A stretch of 64,000 nucleotides of DNA from Bacteriovoracaceae bacterium. GTDB lineage: Bacteria; Bdellovibrionota; Bacteriovoracia; Bacteriovoracales; Bacteriovoracaceae. The notes under the pieces are model-generated. The model had not been told where the DNA came from. It did not search any database and was given only the letters and a program-made list of their open reading frames with translations. Below are positions 50,075 through 60,679 of the stretch, piece by piece; the stretch's first letter is position 1; every line of letters starts with the position of its first letter. The stretch spans positions 352,001 through 416,000 of the forward strand of contig JBLWTJ010000001.1 of the NCBI GenBank assembly GCA_048270185.1, in the 5' to 3' direction. The position numbers and the translations under genes are program-made.

Positions 50075-50290
50075 AAAATCTATAGATTTTGAATAAAGGG
50101 GCAATTTAGGGACATTTAGAAACCAAAAATGGCCTAATTTTGTAAATTCTACTTAATTAGAATGTCATTTTCCTTAGAATTTCTTACATTCTGCCTTTTT
50201 TTGGCCTTCGTAACTAATTGAAATTGTCACATTTTTAGATAATTCATAAAACTAATTTAACAAAGTAAAAAAACGAGAGGGGTTTTATTT

Positions 50291-50953
50291 ATGAAAAAGT
50301 TTTTAATTGCTGTTGGTTTAGTTTTATCTTCTGTCTCTGCTATGGCCGTAACTTGTAATGCCGAAATGGTTGCCAGGAATGGTCGAGTCATCGATAGGTT
50401 TTCTTCATATGATTACTCTTATGATCAAGCATGTCGTGAAGCATTGAGAGAGTGTCGTTATGAAAAACAAAGACGCTCATACGATGTTGTTGTTCAAAGA
50501 GCAACTTGTGAAGTTGAAAGAAGAAATCCAAACCCAGTTCCAAGAAAAGAAGTATGTTCATTTAACCTAGTCAATTCAAATAACGGGCGTATTGTTGATA
50601 CATTTACGGCCCAAGGACAAAATGAAATTCAAGCTTGTAAGAAGGCCGATGATAAGTGCTTTGATGCAAGATACACAAAAGCTAACCCATGGAAGTTCTC
50701 TTGTGAGAAAGTTCGTGGTGGTGGATATGACCCAAGACCAAGACCAAACCCGACTGTAACAAGATTTTGTACAGTAGACCGTATTGGTAATACTCGCTAC
50801 GGTGGAAGAGTACTTCAATCATACACTGCAAGCGCAACAGGTGTTCAAGGAAGCGGAGTTCTTGCCAGAGCTTGTCAAAAAGCGGCCAGTGACTGTTCAA
50901 TCGATTCACGCTACAGCGGACAACGCGACGCTTGTGTACAAAGAAGACAATAA
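50291..50953 (+). CDS. Secreted protein with three tandem 4-Cys domains
   Basis: Signal peptide; three units of C..GR(V/I)..AC..A...C..C separated by Pro-rich linkers. Confidence 0.8.
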   Translation: MKKFLIAVGLVLSSVSAMAVTCNAEMVARNGRVIDRFSSYDYSYDQACREALRECRYEKQRRSYDVVVQRATCEVERRNPNPVPRKEVCSFNLVNSNNGRIVDTFTAQGQNEIQACKKADDKCFDARYTKANPWKFSCEKVRGGGYDPRPRPNPTVTRFCTVDRIGNTRYGGRVLQSYTASATGVQGSGVLARACQKAASDCSIDSRYSGQRDACVQRRQ

Positions 50954-50999
50954 TAATCTCGGGGAAGTGATTATCTCCATTAATTTTTGGTTGTTTAAG

Positions 51000-51027
51000 C
51001 AGGCCCTGATTCAGGGCCTGTTTTTTT
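51000..51027 (+). terminator. Intrinsic terminator
   Basis: CAGGCCCTGA-T-TCAGGGCCTG followed by T7. Confidence 0.88.
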
Positions 51028-51110
51028 AGCTATCCTTTGACGCCCTAATCCCTATTTTGATATGATTACCCCACTAAAATAAGGCTTTAACACAAAGCAC
51101 AGAGGTAATT

Positions 51111-52454
51111 ATGTCAAATCTATCAGATATCGAATTTAAAAATAGAAGAAAGCAACTTCTCGCTTCAATGGAAGATGGGATCGCAGTTATTGCATCAGCA
51201 AGATATGCGCATAAGAGTAATGATACCGAGTTTCCATTTCGTCAGAACTCTAATTTTCGTTACTTAACAGGACTAAATGAAGCAGATTGCATTCTCGTTC
51301 TAAGTAAGAAAAATGGCAAAGAAAAACAAGTTCTCTTTGTTCGTCCTAAAGACGAAATTGCAGAGATGTGGGCAGGAAGAAGATTAGGTCCAGATCTAGC
51401 ACGAGAGCAATCTGGAGTGGACGAAGGTTATTCAATTCTTGAATTTGAAAAGAAATTAGAGGAAATGCTACCAGGCCACAAGAACCTCTATCTTCATCTA
51501 ACAGAAAGAGCAGATGTTACGGCCAAGGCGCGAGAAATTTGTGGAAATCTATTCAATAAAAAAAGAGCACAAGAAGAGCTGCCACCAGATACATTTAAAA
51601 ATCTTGGGCACTTAATTGAGAAGATGCGTTTCATTAAAGATGAAACAGAAATCTCTCAAATGAAACAGGCCATGATCGTAACAGATAAGGCACACCGTGC
51701 GGCCATGGCACTAGCTCGCCCAGGGGCCACAGAACAAGAAGTACACGCACTCATGACTTACTTATTCATGAAAGGACCGACTCAAGGTAGTGCCTATGAC
51801 AATATCATTGCAGGTGGAAATAATGCCTGTATTCTTCACTATGTGAAAAATGATGAAGTATTAAATGACGGTGACCTATTGCTCATCGATGCAGGGAGTG
51901 AGTTAAATAACTACGCAACAGATATTACAAGAACATTTCCAGTTAATGGAAAATTCTCGGGAATTCAAAAAGAAGTTTATAATATCGTTCTTGATTCTCA
52001 ACTTGCTGCCATCGAATTATCAAAACCAGGCAATAACGCACAAATGCTACACCAAAAAGTTAGTGAGATCTTAACTCAAGGTCTTATTGATCTTAAGGTA
52101 CTAAATGGAAGTGTTAGTGAGAATATTGAGAAGTCTAATCACAGAAAATTCTTTCCACACGGAACTGGCCACTGGCTAGGACTTGATGTTCATGATCAAA
52201 ACCCTTACCTACTTGATGGCTCAAGTGACCCTGTACCATTTGCAAAAGGCTGTATCTTTACAATTGAGCCTGGACTTTATTTTCCAAAAGAAGCAACAAA
52301 TATCCCAGAAGAACTAAAGGGGATTGGAATTAGAATCGAAGATAATATTCTTATTACAGATAATGGATATGAAAACCTATCTCATATGATTCCAAAGACA
52401 ATTACTGAAATAGAAGAAGCTTGTTCAAAAGACGTAAAGGATTTTCTAGTATAA
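51111..52454 (+). CDS. pepP: Xaa-Pro aminopeptidase (M24B)
   Basis: FRQNSNFRYLTG, LLIDAG..DITRTFP, HWLGLDVHD, TIEPGLY and GIRIED motifs. Confidence 0.95.
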   Translation: MSNLSDIEFKNRRKQLLASMEDGIAVIASARYAHKSNDTEFPFRQNSNFRYLTGLNEADCILVLSKKNGKEKQVLFVRPKDEIAEMWAGRRLGPDLAREQSGVDEGYSILEFEKKLEEMLPGHKNLYLHLTERADVTAKAREICGNLFNKKRAQEELPPDTFKNLGHLIEKMRFIKDETEISQMKQAMIVTDKAHRAAMALARPGATEQEVHALMTYLFMKGPTQGSAYDNIIAGGNNACILHYVKNDEVLNDGDLLLIDAGSELNNYATDITRTFPVNGKFSGIQKEVYNIVLDSQLAAIELSKPGNNAQMLHQKVSEILTQGLIDLKVLNGSVSENIEKSNHRKFFPHGTGHWLGLDVHDQNPYLLDGSSDPVPFAKGCIFTIEPGLYFPKEATNIPEELKGIGIRIEDNILITDNGYENLSHMIPKTITEIEEACSKDVKDFLV

Positions 52455-53599
52455 TGAAAACAATAAGTATTTTCTTCCTATTAACTCTACTAATAACTTC
52501 TTGTGCAAGCAATGAGCGCAGTGAAGATGAACTTCACTTAGTTCATTGGAATATAAAAGAGCTTGATTCAACTAAACTTCGAAAGAAGAATGATCAACTA
52601 AGTAGTGTTAAAAGTATTCTTGAAAAACTAGACTTTGATGCCCTTAGTGTAAACGAGCTTCAATATGATCTACCAAGTGGAAAAAACTTAGAGTTACTAC
52701 TAGGTCAATTAAAAGAAGATACAAGTGAGTTTGCCTTTAGTTTCACTCAGGCCAACACAGGAAACAAGGCCCGTAAAGTAAACGGAAAGTATACAAAAGA
52801 CCGCAAGAATGCTGACCAAGTGAATTACGGCCTATTTCCGGGTCAATATTCAACAGGCTTTGCTTCAAAGCACCCAATCAAAGAAGAAATTATTATTAAA
52901 GACCTTAAATGGAAAGAATTTAATCCTAATGCTGACTTTTCAAAATTTAGAGACGGCAATGGAAAGAAGATTCCTAATGATATTGAACTCTTTGATAAGA
53001 GCTTCACACATCTTGTAATTGAAGTAGCAGATCAAGAAGTAAATCTTATTCTTCTCCACACTGTTCCTAGTTACCACTTTGGTAATCGTCAAACGCCTAA
53101 CTATGAAAGAAATCGTGATCAACTACGTTTCTTAGAGTGGTATGTAACTGGTGCGACAAATTTTAATATTAATCTTCCAAAGAAGTATGAGCATATTAAG
53201 CCTATCAACAAAGAAAAGCGTGTTGTGGTTATGGGAGACTTTAATACTTCCATTTATATGAACAATCCTGGTTCAGTTGTTTTAAGAAGGCTATTTAACT
53301 ACCTTACTCCTTGGCTTAAGAATCCGGGGCCTACAAATGAAAGACAAACATTTGCGGCAAAGCGCAATCCTCTAACACTAGACTATATTGCATACCGAGG
53401 ACTTAAACTCATTGATTCTGGAATTTATAACCCTGAAACATTAGTTGATAAGGGAAATGTTTTCTGTACACCACCAAGTCAGCTTCCAAAGTACATGGTG
53501 AAAGGACTTGATAAGAGAGTTCAGTGTATCGATGATGATGCGATCGAGCTAAAAAAAGCAAGTGACCACTTCCCTATCTGGGCAACTTTTAAATTATAA
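52454..53599 (+). CDS. Endonuclease/exonuclease/phosphatase-family lipoprotein
   Basis: Lipobox ITSC; WNI, NE, GDFN, LDY and SDHFP motifs; TAATG coupling to pepP. Confidence 0.85.
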   Translation: MKTISIFFLLTLLITSCASNERSEDELHLVHWNIKELDSTKLRKKNDQLSSVKSILEKLDFDALSVNELQYDLPSGKNLELLLGQLKEDTSEFAFSFTQANTGNKARKVNGKYTKDRKNADQVNYGLFPGQYSTGFASKHPIKEEIIIKDLKWKEFNPNADFSKFRDGNGKKIPNDIELFDKSFTHLVIEVADQEVNLILLHTVPSYHFGNRQTPNYERNRDQLRFLEWYVTGATNFNINLPKKYEHIKPINKEKRVVVMGDFNTSIYMNNPGSVVLRRLFNYLTPWLKNPGPTNERQTFAAKRNPLTLDYIAYRGLKLIDSGIYNPETLVDKGNVFCTPPSQLPKYMVKGLDKRVQCIDDDAIELKKASDHFPIWATFKL

Positions 53600-53608
53600 G
53601 AATTAAGG

Positions 53609-54589
53609 CTAGGCCTTGCGATCTAAGATAAAGCCACCGATTAACTCGAGTGGTTTTATCGTCTCTTTTAGACGCTCTTCATTGTGACCATTTTCAAGTA
53701 AGTGAGTACGAATCTCATGAAGAATATCCGTTGCTTCATCAACAAGGGCCTTCGCTTCATTCTTAATATTAGAAACATTTGAAGAGATATCACTTAAATC
53801 AACAATATCGACAAGAGAGCTGCCTGAAACATAGGCATCCATTTTTGTTGGATTATTTGCAAGGTAGTCATAGACCACAGAATTAACTAAGTTTTGTTCA
53901 AGATCTAGGTGTGCATCTTTTAAGCTTTCACCATCACTGAAATCAAGAGTATCGTCAATCATTTGAAAAGCGATACCAAGAAGATGGCCAAAGCGGGCAG
54001 CTTTATTTGCAACTTCCTCATTCTCACTTCCAAGATAGGCCCCAGACCAACAACACCACCCCATTACAGAAGCAGTCTTATGAAAGGCGATCTTTTCAAT
54101 CACTTCTTTTGAGTACTTGCGTGACTCAAGAGCATCCGATTGGATCCACTCACCAATGGCAAGGTCCTGGATAACTTGAGACATACTTTGAAGGACTTTA
54201 ACTGAACCAATTGAAGAAAGACTTAAGATGACATCGGCCAGTAAGTAATCACCAGCAAGAACGGCTTTCTTATTTGAAGCCTCAATATTTATTGATGGAT
54301 TACCACGACGCTGTGTTGCACCATCGATAACATCGTCATGGGCAAGAGAAGCTGCATGAACCATTTCAATCGCTCGAGCACAAATCGTCACATCATTCTT
54401 CGTATGGCAATTGAAGAAATCGGCCATTAGAAATGTAAGCATTGGGCGCAGACGCTTGCCACCAGAGAGAACTGTTTTTTCAAGTACGTCTTTTACGGCA
54501 CTTAGACAGTTTTCGGACTTAATATCGAGGTTGATATTGACCGCTTTCTCTAGGATTTGTGGAGGTATTGATTCAAAAAATTCGTTCAT
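53609..54589 (-). CDS. Polyprenyl diphosphate synthase
   Basis: GGKRLRP, HDDVID, RRG, KT and FQMIDDTLD motifs. Confidence 0.93.
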   Translation of the reverse strand: MNEFFESIPPQILEKAVNINLDIKSENCLSAVKDVLEKTVLSGGKRLRPMLTFLMADFFNCHTKNDVTICARAIEMVHAASLAHDDVIDGATQRRGNPSINIEASNKKAVLAGDYLLADVILSLSSIGSVKVLQSMSQVIQDLAIGEWIQSDALESRKYSKEVIEKIAFHKTASVMGWCCWSGAYLGSENEEVANKAARFGHLLGIAFQMIDDTLDFSDGESLKDAHLDLEQNLVNSVVYDYLANNPTKMDAYVSGSSLVDIVDLSDISSNVSNIKNEAKALVDEATDILHEIRTHLLENGHNEERLKETIKPLELIGGFILDRKA

Positions 54590-54718
54590 ATTAATTTCCG
54601 TTTTAATACTAATACCACTTGTCTAAAGGGGCCGTAAATGATTAATATAACGCAAATACAATTGAAAAAAGAAGCCATGCAACATGGCCATTTAAACACA
54701 GTAATATAGGTTAGAAAT

Positions 54719-55432
54719 ATGAGCAATAAAGAATTAGCGACACGTAAAACAAAGTCATTTGAAATTTTTGATAAAATTGCAGGAACATACGATCTGCTTA
54801 ACCACATCCTTTCATTTGGAATTGATATTTACTGGCGTAAGGTTGTTATCGCAAACCTTCCAAAACAAGATAAATTACAATGTCTCGACCTAGCATGTGG
54901 TACAGGTGATCTAACGATTGCACTTGCGAAGGCACCAAATGTTGAAAGTGTAACGGGAATTGATCTTTCAAAAGGAATGATTGAAATTGGAAAGAAGAAA
55001 CTAGAATCGAAGAGGGTTTCACATAAGGCAAAGATGCATATTGGTGATGGTGTTGAAATACCTGCGGCCGATGAGACATACGATGTAACAAGTGTAAGTT
55101 TTGGAATCAGAAACTTTCCAGACTTTAAGAAATCACTTGTAAATATGTACCGAGTGATTCGTCCAGGTGGCCGTAGCTTCGTTTTAGAGTTCTCTATTCC
55201 TAAGAACCCACTCTTTAAAGCAATTTACTTCTTCTACTTCAGATACCTACTGCCATTTGTTGGTAATTTAATCTCAAAACACAAAGATGCTTATACTTAC
55301 CTAAATCAAACAGTCGAAGACTTTCCTTACGGACAAGACTTTGCTGATGAAATGACTAAAGCAGGATTTAAGAATGTTCGCTTTATCCCATTAACTTTTG
55401 GAATTGCAACATTGTATATAGGAGATAAGTAA
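54719..55432 (+). CDS. menG: Demethylmenaquinone methyltransferase (UbiE/MenG)
   Basis: FDKIA..YDLLN..SFG, LDLACGTGD, SFGIRN and AYTYL motifs. Confidence 0.93.
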   Translation: MSNKELATRKTKSFEIFDKIAGTYDLLNHILSFGIDIYWRKVVIANLPKQDKLQCLDLACGTGDLTIALAKAPNVESVTGIDLSKGMIEIGKKKLESKRVSHKAKMHIGDGVEIPAADETYDVTSVSFGIRNFPDFKKSLVNMYRVIRPGGRSFVLEFSIPKNPLFKAIYFFYFRYLLPFVGNLISKHKDAYTYLNQTVEDFPYGQDFADEMTKAGFKNVRFIPLTFGIATLYIGDK

Positions 55433-56806
55433 TTGCGTTTAGCTGCTTCTAATCTCCAAATTGATATTATCAATCATTTAATTACACTTGATTGTGAGAG
55501 TGAAGATCTAATAAAGGGCCCTGAATATAGCCTATATAAGCTACAGGGTGGATTCAATAATATTTCATCAACAATTGATCTTTTTCAGACATTTCGTAAA
55601 TTCTATTTTTTGAACAAAGACAAAGACACTGAATTTCTTGCTCTAGGAGCTTGGCAAGACTTTACTTCCCTCTATCATTATGAAGAGATTGAGAAATTAA
55701 TAGAAGAGCACGATTTTTTAAAAATTTGTGGGGCCCAACGTTTCAAATCAGAACCAGATTGTCTTGAGTGGCATGGACTTGATGACTGTTCATACTTTCT
55801 GCCAAAGGTAATTATTGAAGCGACTTCTCAAGGTGTCGATATCAATATTATTCTCCCTAACCGATTCTTTATTGATGATGCAAATCGAAAAGAAGTGCTA
55901 CATGAACTTGCAATTTCGCTAGAGCCAAATCCAAAGCATACAATTAGCGACTACAATCAAATTACAAAGAATATTTCAACAACTAGTAAGAACCAGTGGT
56001 CTAAAATCGTCAAAGCCGCTATTTCTAAGATTAATAAAGAGCAATTATCTAAGATAGTTCTTTCCCGAAAGCTTATGGTTTCCTTTAAGAACCCAATTAG
56101 TGCTTATGGGCAATTTAAGATTCTTAAAGAAAACAATAGTCATAATGCATACAATATACTTTTTCAATTCTCGAGTACACAGTGTTTCTATAGCGTAACT
56201 CCTGAAACACTATTTAAACTTAATGAAAGAAAAATAGAAATCGACTCACTTGCCGGAACGATAAATCGCGGAAGTAATAAGCAAGAAGATGTTTTCTTAG
56301 AGCATACTCTACTTGAAAATAAGAAAGAGTTAGAAGAACATCGTCACGTTTCACAATATATTGAAGAAACACTTGATTCACTTGCCGCCGATATAAGAAA
56401 AGTGAAAGAAGAAGAAATTTTAAAACTTAAATATATTCAACATATTCATTCAAAATACGAAGCGGTTTTAAAATGGGACGCAAAAAGAAGTGACCTTATT
56501 ACAAAACTTCACCCAACACCAGCTGTTGCAGGACTTCCAAAAGAGCGTTCAATGGAGCTAATCTCTGATTTAGAGAAAAGTTCACGAGGCCTCTATGCCT
56601 CACCTATTGGCTTCTTTTCGAAATCAAAAACTGAATTTGCAGTAGGACTTCGATGTGCTCTCGTTGATAAGAACGATCTCCACATCTATGCTGGTTGTGG
56701 AATTGTCAAAGACTCTTCGGCAGAAAAAGAATGGAATGAAACAACTAATAAAATGAAAAACTTTACGGAAGTTATCAAGGCCAAATCATGGACAAATTTC
56801 CATTAA
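55433..56806 (+). CDS. menF: Isochorismate synthase
   Basis: KIVLSR, TPE, LAGT, EH, LHPTPAVAG and YAGCGIV motifs. Confidence 0.88.
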   Translation: MRLAASNLQIDIINHLITLDCESEDLIKGPEYSLYKLQGGFNNISSTIDLFQTFRKFYFLNKDKDTEFLALGAWQDFTSLYHYEEIEKLIEEHDFLKICGAQRFKSEPDCLEWHGLDDCSYFLPKVIIEATSQGVDINIILPNRFFIDDANRKEVLHELAISLEPNPKHTISDYNQITKNISTTSKNQWSKIVKAAISKINKEQLSKIVLSRKLMVSFKNPISAYGQFKILKENNSHNAYNILFQFSSTQCFYSVTPETLFKLNERKIEIDSLAGTINRGSNKQEDVFLEHTLLENKKELEEHRHVSQYIEETLDSLAADIRKVKEEEILKLKYIQHIHSKYEAVLKWDAKRSDLITKLHPTPAVAGLPKERSMELISDLEKSSRGLYASPIGFFSKSKTEFAVGLRCALVDKNDLHIYAGCGIVKDSSAEKEWNETTNKMKNFTEVIKAKSWTNFH

Positions 56807-58509
56807 CACAAAACCTTTCACGCTTATGGGCGTCAGTCATCGTCGATGAGCTGGCAAAGAATGGAATTACAGAATTCTATACGGCCCCAGGAATGAGAAA
56901 CGCTCCTGTTTTAGCTGCTGCTCATTACCATGAAGATATTAATACATTTTCATTCTTTGATGAAAGGGCCCTAAGTTATCGTGCCCTTGGACGCTCAAAA
57001 ATTGCAGATTCTATTCCTCTTTTAACTTGTACATCAGGAACTGCCATGGCCAACTTTGCGCCAGCAATTATTGAAGCAAACAAGTCTGGCCTGCCACTTA
57101 TTATACTTACGGCAGATCGCCCAAGCGAGCTTGTAAAAACAGACTCAAACCAAACAATAGATCAATTAAAAGTAATTGATTCTCATACTTGTTATAATTT
57201 AAGTCTTGAAGCTCCTAATGAAGCACTAAGTGCAACAAGACTTAGAACTCTTATTTCGACGGCCATCGGTCGTGCGAAGATAAATAAGCGTCCAGTTCAT
57301 ATCAATCTACCAATGCGTGAACCACTGGATGCAACAAATGATCCAATGACAAAAGAATACCTAACGAAGACACTTGAGAGTTTTAAAACAAATCAAGCAA
57401 GAGTAATTTCAAGTGCCTATCAAAGTTATCACATGGAGTATGAGCTTCAAGAGAAGCTTGTGGCCGCAAAAAATATACTTCTAGTAGTTGGAAAACTTGA
57501 TGGAAAGAAAGATCTTGGCCACTATCACGACGCTCTTAAGAACCTTAAAATCCCAAAGTATCTTGATATAACTAGTGGTCTTAAGTATCAATTCTGTTTA
57601 GAAGATTACTTAACCCCTAATTTTGATCACCCAGAGGTACTTTCAGTCTATGAGAAAGGGCCACCTGAAATCATTATTCACATTGGTGGTAGACTCGTTT
57701 CAAAGCATTACTATAATTATCTTGAAAGAAATAATTGTGAAGTTATCCATGTAACAAATGTCGACTTTGATCACGACCCAGGATTTTCAAATACTCATAA
57801 AATCATTTGTGACCCCCTATCATTTCTTAATGATATGACAAAGCTTGGATTAAATATTACACCTCCAGTTATGTGGCATGAATTCGTTGAAAAAAAGCGC
57901 GCCATAATTGAAGAAGAAGGTTTAACTCAACCTTTTATTTCAAAGAATATCATTGAAAAGGTTAATATTGATTACGACCTTGTCATCGGAAACTCAACGA
58001 TCGTTCGAAGCTTTGATAACTTTGTCTCAAGTGATTTTAGAAGCCATGTCAATGTCTATACGAATCGCGGAGTAAGTGGCATTGAAGGCTTTGTTTCAAC
58101 ACTAGTTGGACTAAGTGATGAAAACGAGCGCCCAAAACTTCTACTACTTGGCGACATCTCTTTTAAGCACGATCTTAATGCTCTTTATATGCTAAATGAA
58201 CTTGGTGTTAATTCGAGGAATTTAACAATTGTTATTATCAATAATTTCCAAGGTGATATTTTTAACCTTCTTCCAATTGCTAAAGAAAAAGACTTTCTAA
58301 GTCTTTTGACAACGCCACATAATGATCAATTCGGAAAACTTATAAGTGCTTTTGAAAATATTAAATATGATATCTGTGAAGATAAAGAACAATTTAATAA
58401 TCTTGTGGCCCATGCCATAAGAAATAATGGTGTTAATATTATTGAGGCCATAACAGATAATGACTCAAATATTTCTCTATTTAAGAAATTAAAGACGGTT
58501 AAATTATAA
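56788..58509 (+). CDS. menD: SEPHCHC synthase
   Basis: PGMRNAP, DER, TSGTA, TADRP, NRGVSGIEG and GD..NN motifs. Confidence 0.95.
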   Translation: MDKFPLTQNLSRLWASVIVDELAKNGITEFYTAPGMRNAPVLAAAHYHEDINTFSFFDERALSYRALGRSKIADSIPLLTCTSGTAMANFAPAIIEANKSGLPLIILTADRPSELVKTDSNQTIDQLKVIDSHTCYNLSLEAPNEALSATRLRTLISTAIGRAKINKRPVHINLPMREPLDATNDPMTKEYLTKTLESFKTNQARVISSAYQSYHMEYELQEKLVAAKNILLVVGKLDGKKDLGHYHDALKNLKIPKYLDITSGLKYQFCLEDYLTPNFDHPEVLSVYEKGPPEIIIHIGGRLVSKHYYNYLERNNCEVIHVTNVDFDHDPGFSNTHKIICDPLSFLNDMTKLGLNITPPVMWHEFVEKKRAIIEEEGLTQPFISKNIIEKVNIDYDLVIGNSTIVRSFDNFVSSDFRSHVNVYTNRGVSGIEGFVSTLVGLSDENERPKLLLLGDISFKHDLNALYMLNELGVNSRNLTIVIINNFQGDIFNLLPIAKEKDFLSLLTTPHNDQFGKLISAFENIKYDICEDKEQFNNLVAHAIRNNGVNIIEAITDNDSNISLFKKLKTVKL

Positions 58510-59411
58510 TGAATAAGAATGTGCAAGGATTTATTATTGCTTCTCGCCCAAAGACTCTGCCTGCTGGAGCAGCACCGGTCATTCTGGCAGGATTTCTTGC
58601 AGCAAAGAATTTAGGTGGAGAGGGTTTCAACTATGTAATCTTTGTCCTAACTCTTATTTGCACAATCCTCTTACAAATTTCTTCAAATCTCATTAATGAT
58701 TACTACGATACAAAAACAGGTGTTGATACGAGTGAGCGTCTAGGGCCTCACCGTGTGACAAATACGGGATTTATCGATGCTGAAACTGTTAAAAAATTCT
58801 TTATTGCAACACTCTCACTAGCATTTATCATGGGGATCTACCTCATGTTTCAAGGTGGCACTCTTATTGTCATTTTAGGACTTGCATCCATGGCCGCAGC
58901 CTACCTCTACACAGGAGGACCGTTTCCCTTATCACACTATGCCCTTGGTGAAATTCTAGCTTTGCTATTCTTTGGAAATGTTGCCGTTATCGGAAGCTAC
59001 TACCTCTTAACAGGACAAATTACTAATGAAGCCATTCTCCTAAGTATATTTCCGGGGCTAATTAGTAGCACAATCATGGCCATCAATAATGCCAGAGACT
59101 TAGAAAATGATCGCAAAGCAGACAAGCTTACCATGGCCATAATTCTTGATAATATAATGGGAGAAAAATCTCGCTACCTACCAATGAGCTTTGTGCTTTT
59201 GGCCAATATCATCATTATTGCTCATGCCTATCTTTATGGGCACTGGTATAACGCAATTTCTGTGATTGTGTTAACGACACTCTTTTTTAAAACTTGGAAA
59301 TATATCGCAAAATCAAAACCTAATGTAGAATATAACCAAAGACTTGCTGAAACTGGAAAGTTTCTCTTCATCTCAAGTCTAATCTACGGAGCAATCATTT
59401 GGATAAGCTAG
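58509..59411 (+). CDS. menA: 1,4-dihydroxy-2-naphthoate polyprenyltransferase
   Basis: RPKTL, NDYYD, YTGGP and NNARDLENDR motifs. Confidence 0.93.
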   Translation: MNKNVQGFIIASRPKTLPAGAAPVILAGFLAAKNLGGEGFNYVIFVLTLICTILLQISSNLINDYYDTKTGVDTSERLGPHRVTNTGFIDAETVKKFFIATLSLAFIMGIYLMFQGGTLIVILGLASMAAAYLYTGGPFPLSHYALGEILALLFFGNVAVIGSYYLLTGQITNEAILLSIFPGLISSTIMAINNARDLENDRKADKLTMAIILDNIMGEKSRYLPMSFVLLANIIIIAHAYLYGHWYNAISVIVLTTLFFKTWKYIAKSKPNVEYNQRLAETGKFLFISSLIYGAIIWIS

Positions 59412-60379
59412 TCTTAAGACTAACATATAACGAAAGAATAAAGCTTAAAAGGCCTCTTGTTGCCCGCTCTAAAAAATTTGAATACCTAGACTACTTTGAA
59501 GCTTGTGTTGAAATTGCAGGAGAAGAGTTCACTAGTTACGTCAATCAATTTAGTTTCTTCTATGAAGGGCAAATGCTTGATGGTGAGTATACGATTAATT
59601 ACGATCTGAAGTCTTTATTAGATGGTGAAATTTTTGATGCAAAGATCATTGAAAAGGGAATTGATAACCCCCTACCGCCAAATATTATTTTGGCCTTTGA
59701 ATACGCTCTCATCAAATACTATCTTCGCTATAATAAGAAAAAAGAAAATTATTTTCATCAGGCCAATACGACCAAGATCAATCTTCTCTTTTTCGAAGGC
59801 ATGAAGCTCAACAACAATAGCGATGAAATCATTAAGTATAAAATTTCAAGAAATAGTGAATTACGTAAAGTTATTAACGACCTAAACGAGCTGGCCGGAA
59901 AGAATAAGAAAATTAGACTTGATGGTAATCGCAATCTCTCCTCATCTGTTCTTGAAAGTATTTTCTACAATCTTCTCCCAAGTACAATTGAGGCAATTGA
60001 GTATATTGAAGAGCCATTTAACGATATCCATACCTGGAGATTATTTAACTGGAGTGATCGAATTAAGATGGCAGTTGATGAAAGTTTTCAATTTGAGCGC
60101 CGTCAAGAATTGCCCGAAGAAATTAATCATGTAATTTTAAAATTTGGGGTCAATATTTCAATTTTTGAATACTTCACTCTAAGACGAGAAAAGACTCCCT
60201 GGAAGATGACAATTACTAGTGGTTTTGAATGTCCTAAATTATTTAATCTGATCATTCACCTCGCTTCACTTGAGCAAAATGCTGCAGGTCTTTCCACATT
60301 TAACTTCTTTGAAAATGCGTTAAAATTATATAAACGCTATGATGAGGAAAGCTGCAGTTTAACTGCCTTCCCTCTCTAA
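59399..60379 (+). CDS. menC: o-succinylbenzoate synthase (divergent)
   Basis: Enolase-superfamily motifs KYK, RLDGN, YIEEP and AVDES; position in the men operon. Confidence 0.75.
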   Translation: MDKLVLRLTYNERIKLKRPLVARSKKFEYLDYFEACVEIAGEEFTSYVNQFSFFYEGQMLDGEYTINYDLKSLLDGEIFDAKIIEKGIDNPLPPNIILAFEYALIKYYLRYNKKKENYFHQANTTKINLLFFEGMKLNNNSDEIIKYKISRNSELRKVINDLNELAGKNKKIRLDGNRNLSSSVLESIFYNLLPSTIEAIEYIEEPFNDIHTWRLFNWSDRIKMAVDESFQFERRQELPEEINHVILKFGVNISIFEYFTLRREKTPWKMTITSGFECPKLFNLIIHLASLEQNAAGLSTFNFFENALKLYKRYDEESCSLTAFPL

Positions 60380-60395
60380 TTTTCAAGGAGAAATC

Positions 60396-60590
60396 ATGTT
60401 AAGAGTACTAAGTTTAGCTGCATTACTTACATTTGCATCATGTTCATCACACCAACACCACCATGATGGAAAACAATGTTCAAGAGATGGTAAGTCTTGT
60501 TGCCACAAGAAAGATGGTAAGAAGTGCTGTGATGGAAAACAGTGTGATATGAAAAAATCAAAGAAAAAAAGTAAGAAAAAAGCGAATTAA
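60396..60590 (+). CDS. Small His/Cys-rich lipoprotein
   Basis: AAGGAG SD; lipobox FASC; HQHHH; four DGKxC repeats; Lys-rich tail. Confidence 0.75.
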   Translation: MLRVLSLAALLTFASCSSHQHHHDGKQCSRDGKSCCHKKDGKKCCDGKQCDMKKSKKKSKKKAN

Positions 60591-60603
60591 TCCAGTGATA
60601 CTA

Positions 60604-60631
60604 GGAGGCTTGCAAAATTTGCAGGCCTTCT
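60604..60631 (+). terminator. Probable intrinsic terminator
   Basis: GGAGGCTTGCAAA-A-TTTGCAGGCCTTC stem with G-U pairs. Confidence 0.6.
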
Positions 60632-60679
60632 TAATTTCCCTAAATCTCCTATAATATTTCTAACATCATAGGAGTTACG

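Noticed and set aside
54662..54692. Sigma54-like TGGC words between the polyprenyl synthase gene and menG
   Set aside because: GG-N10-GC spacing is not satisfied
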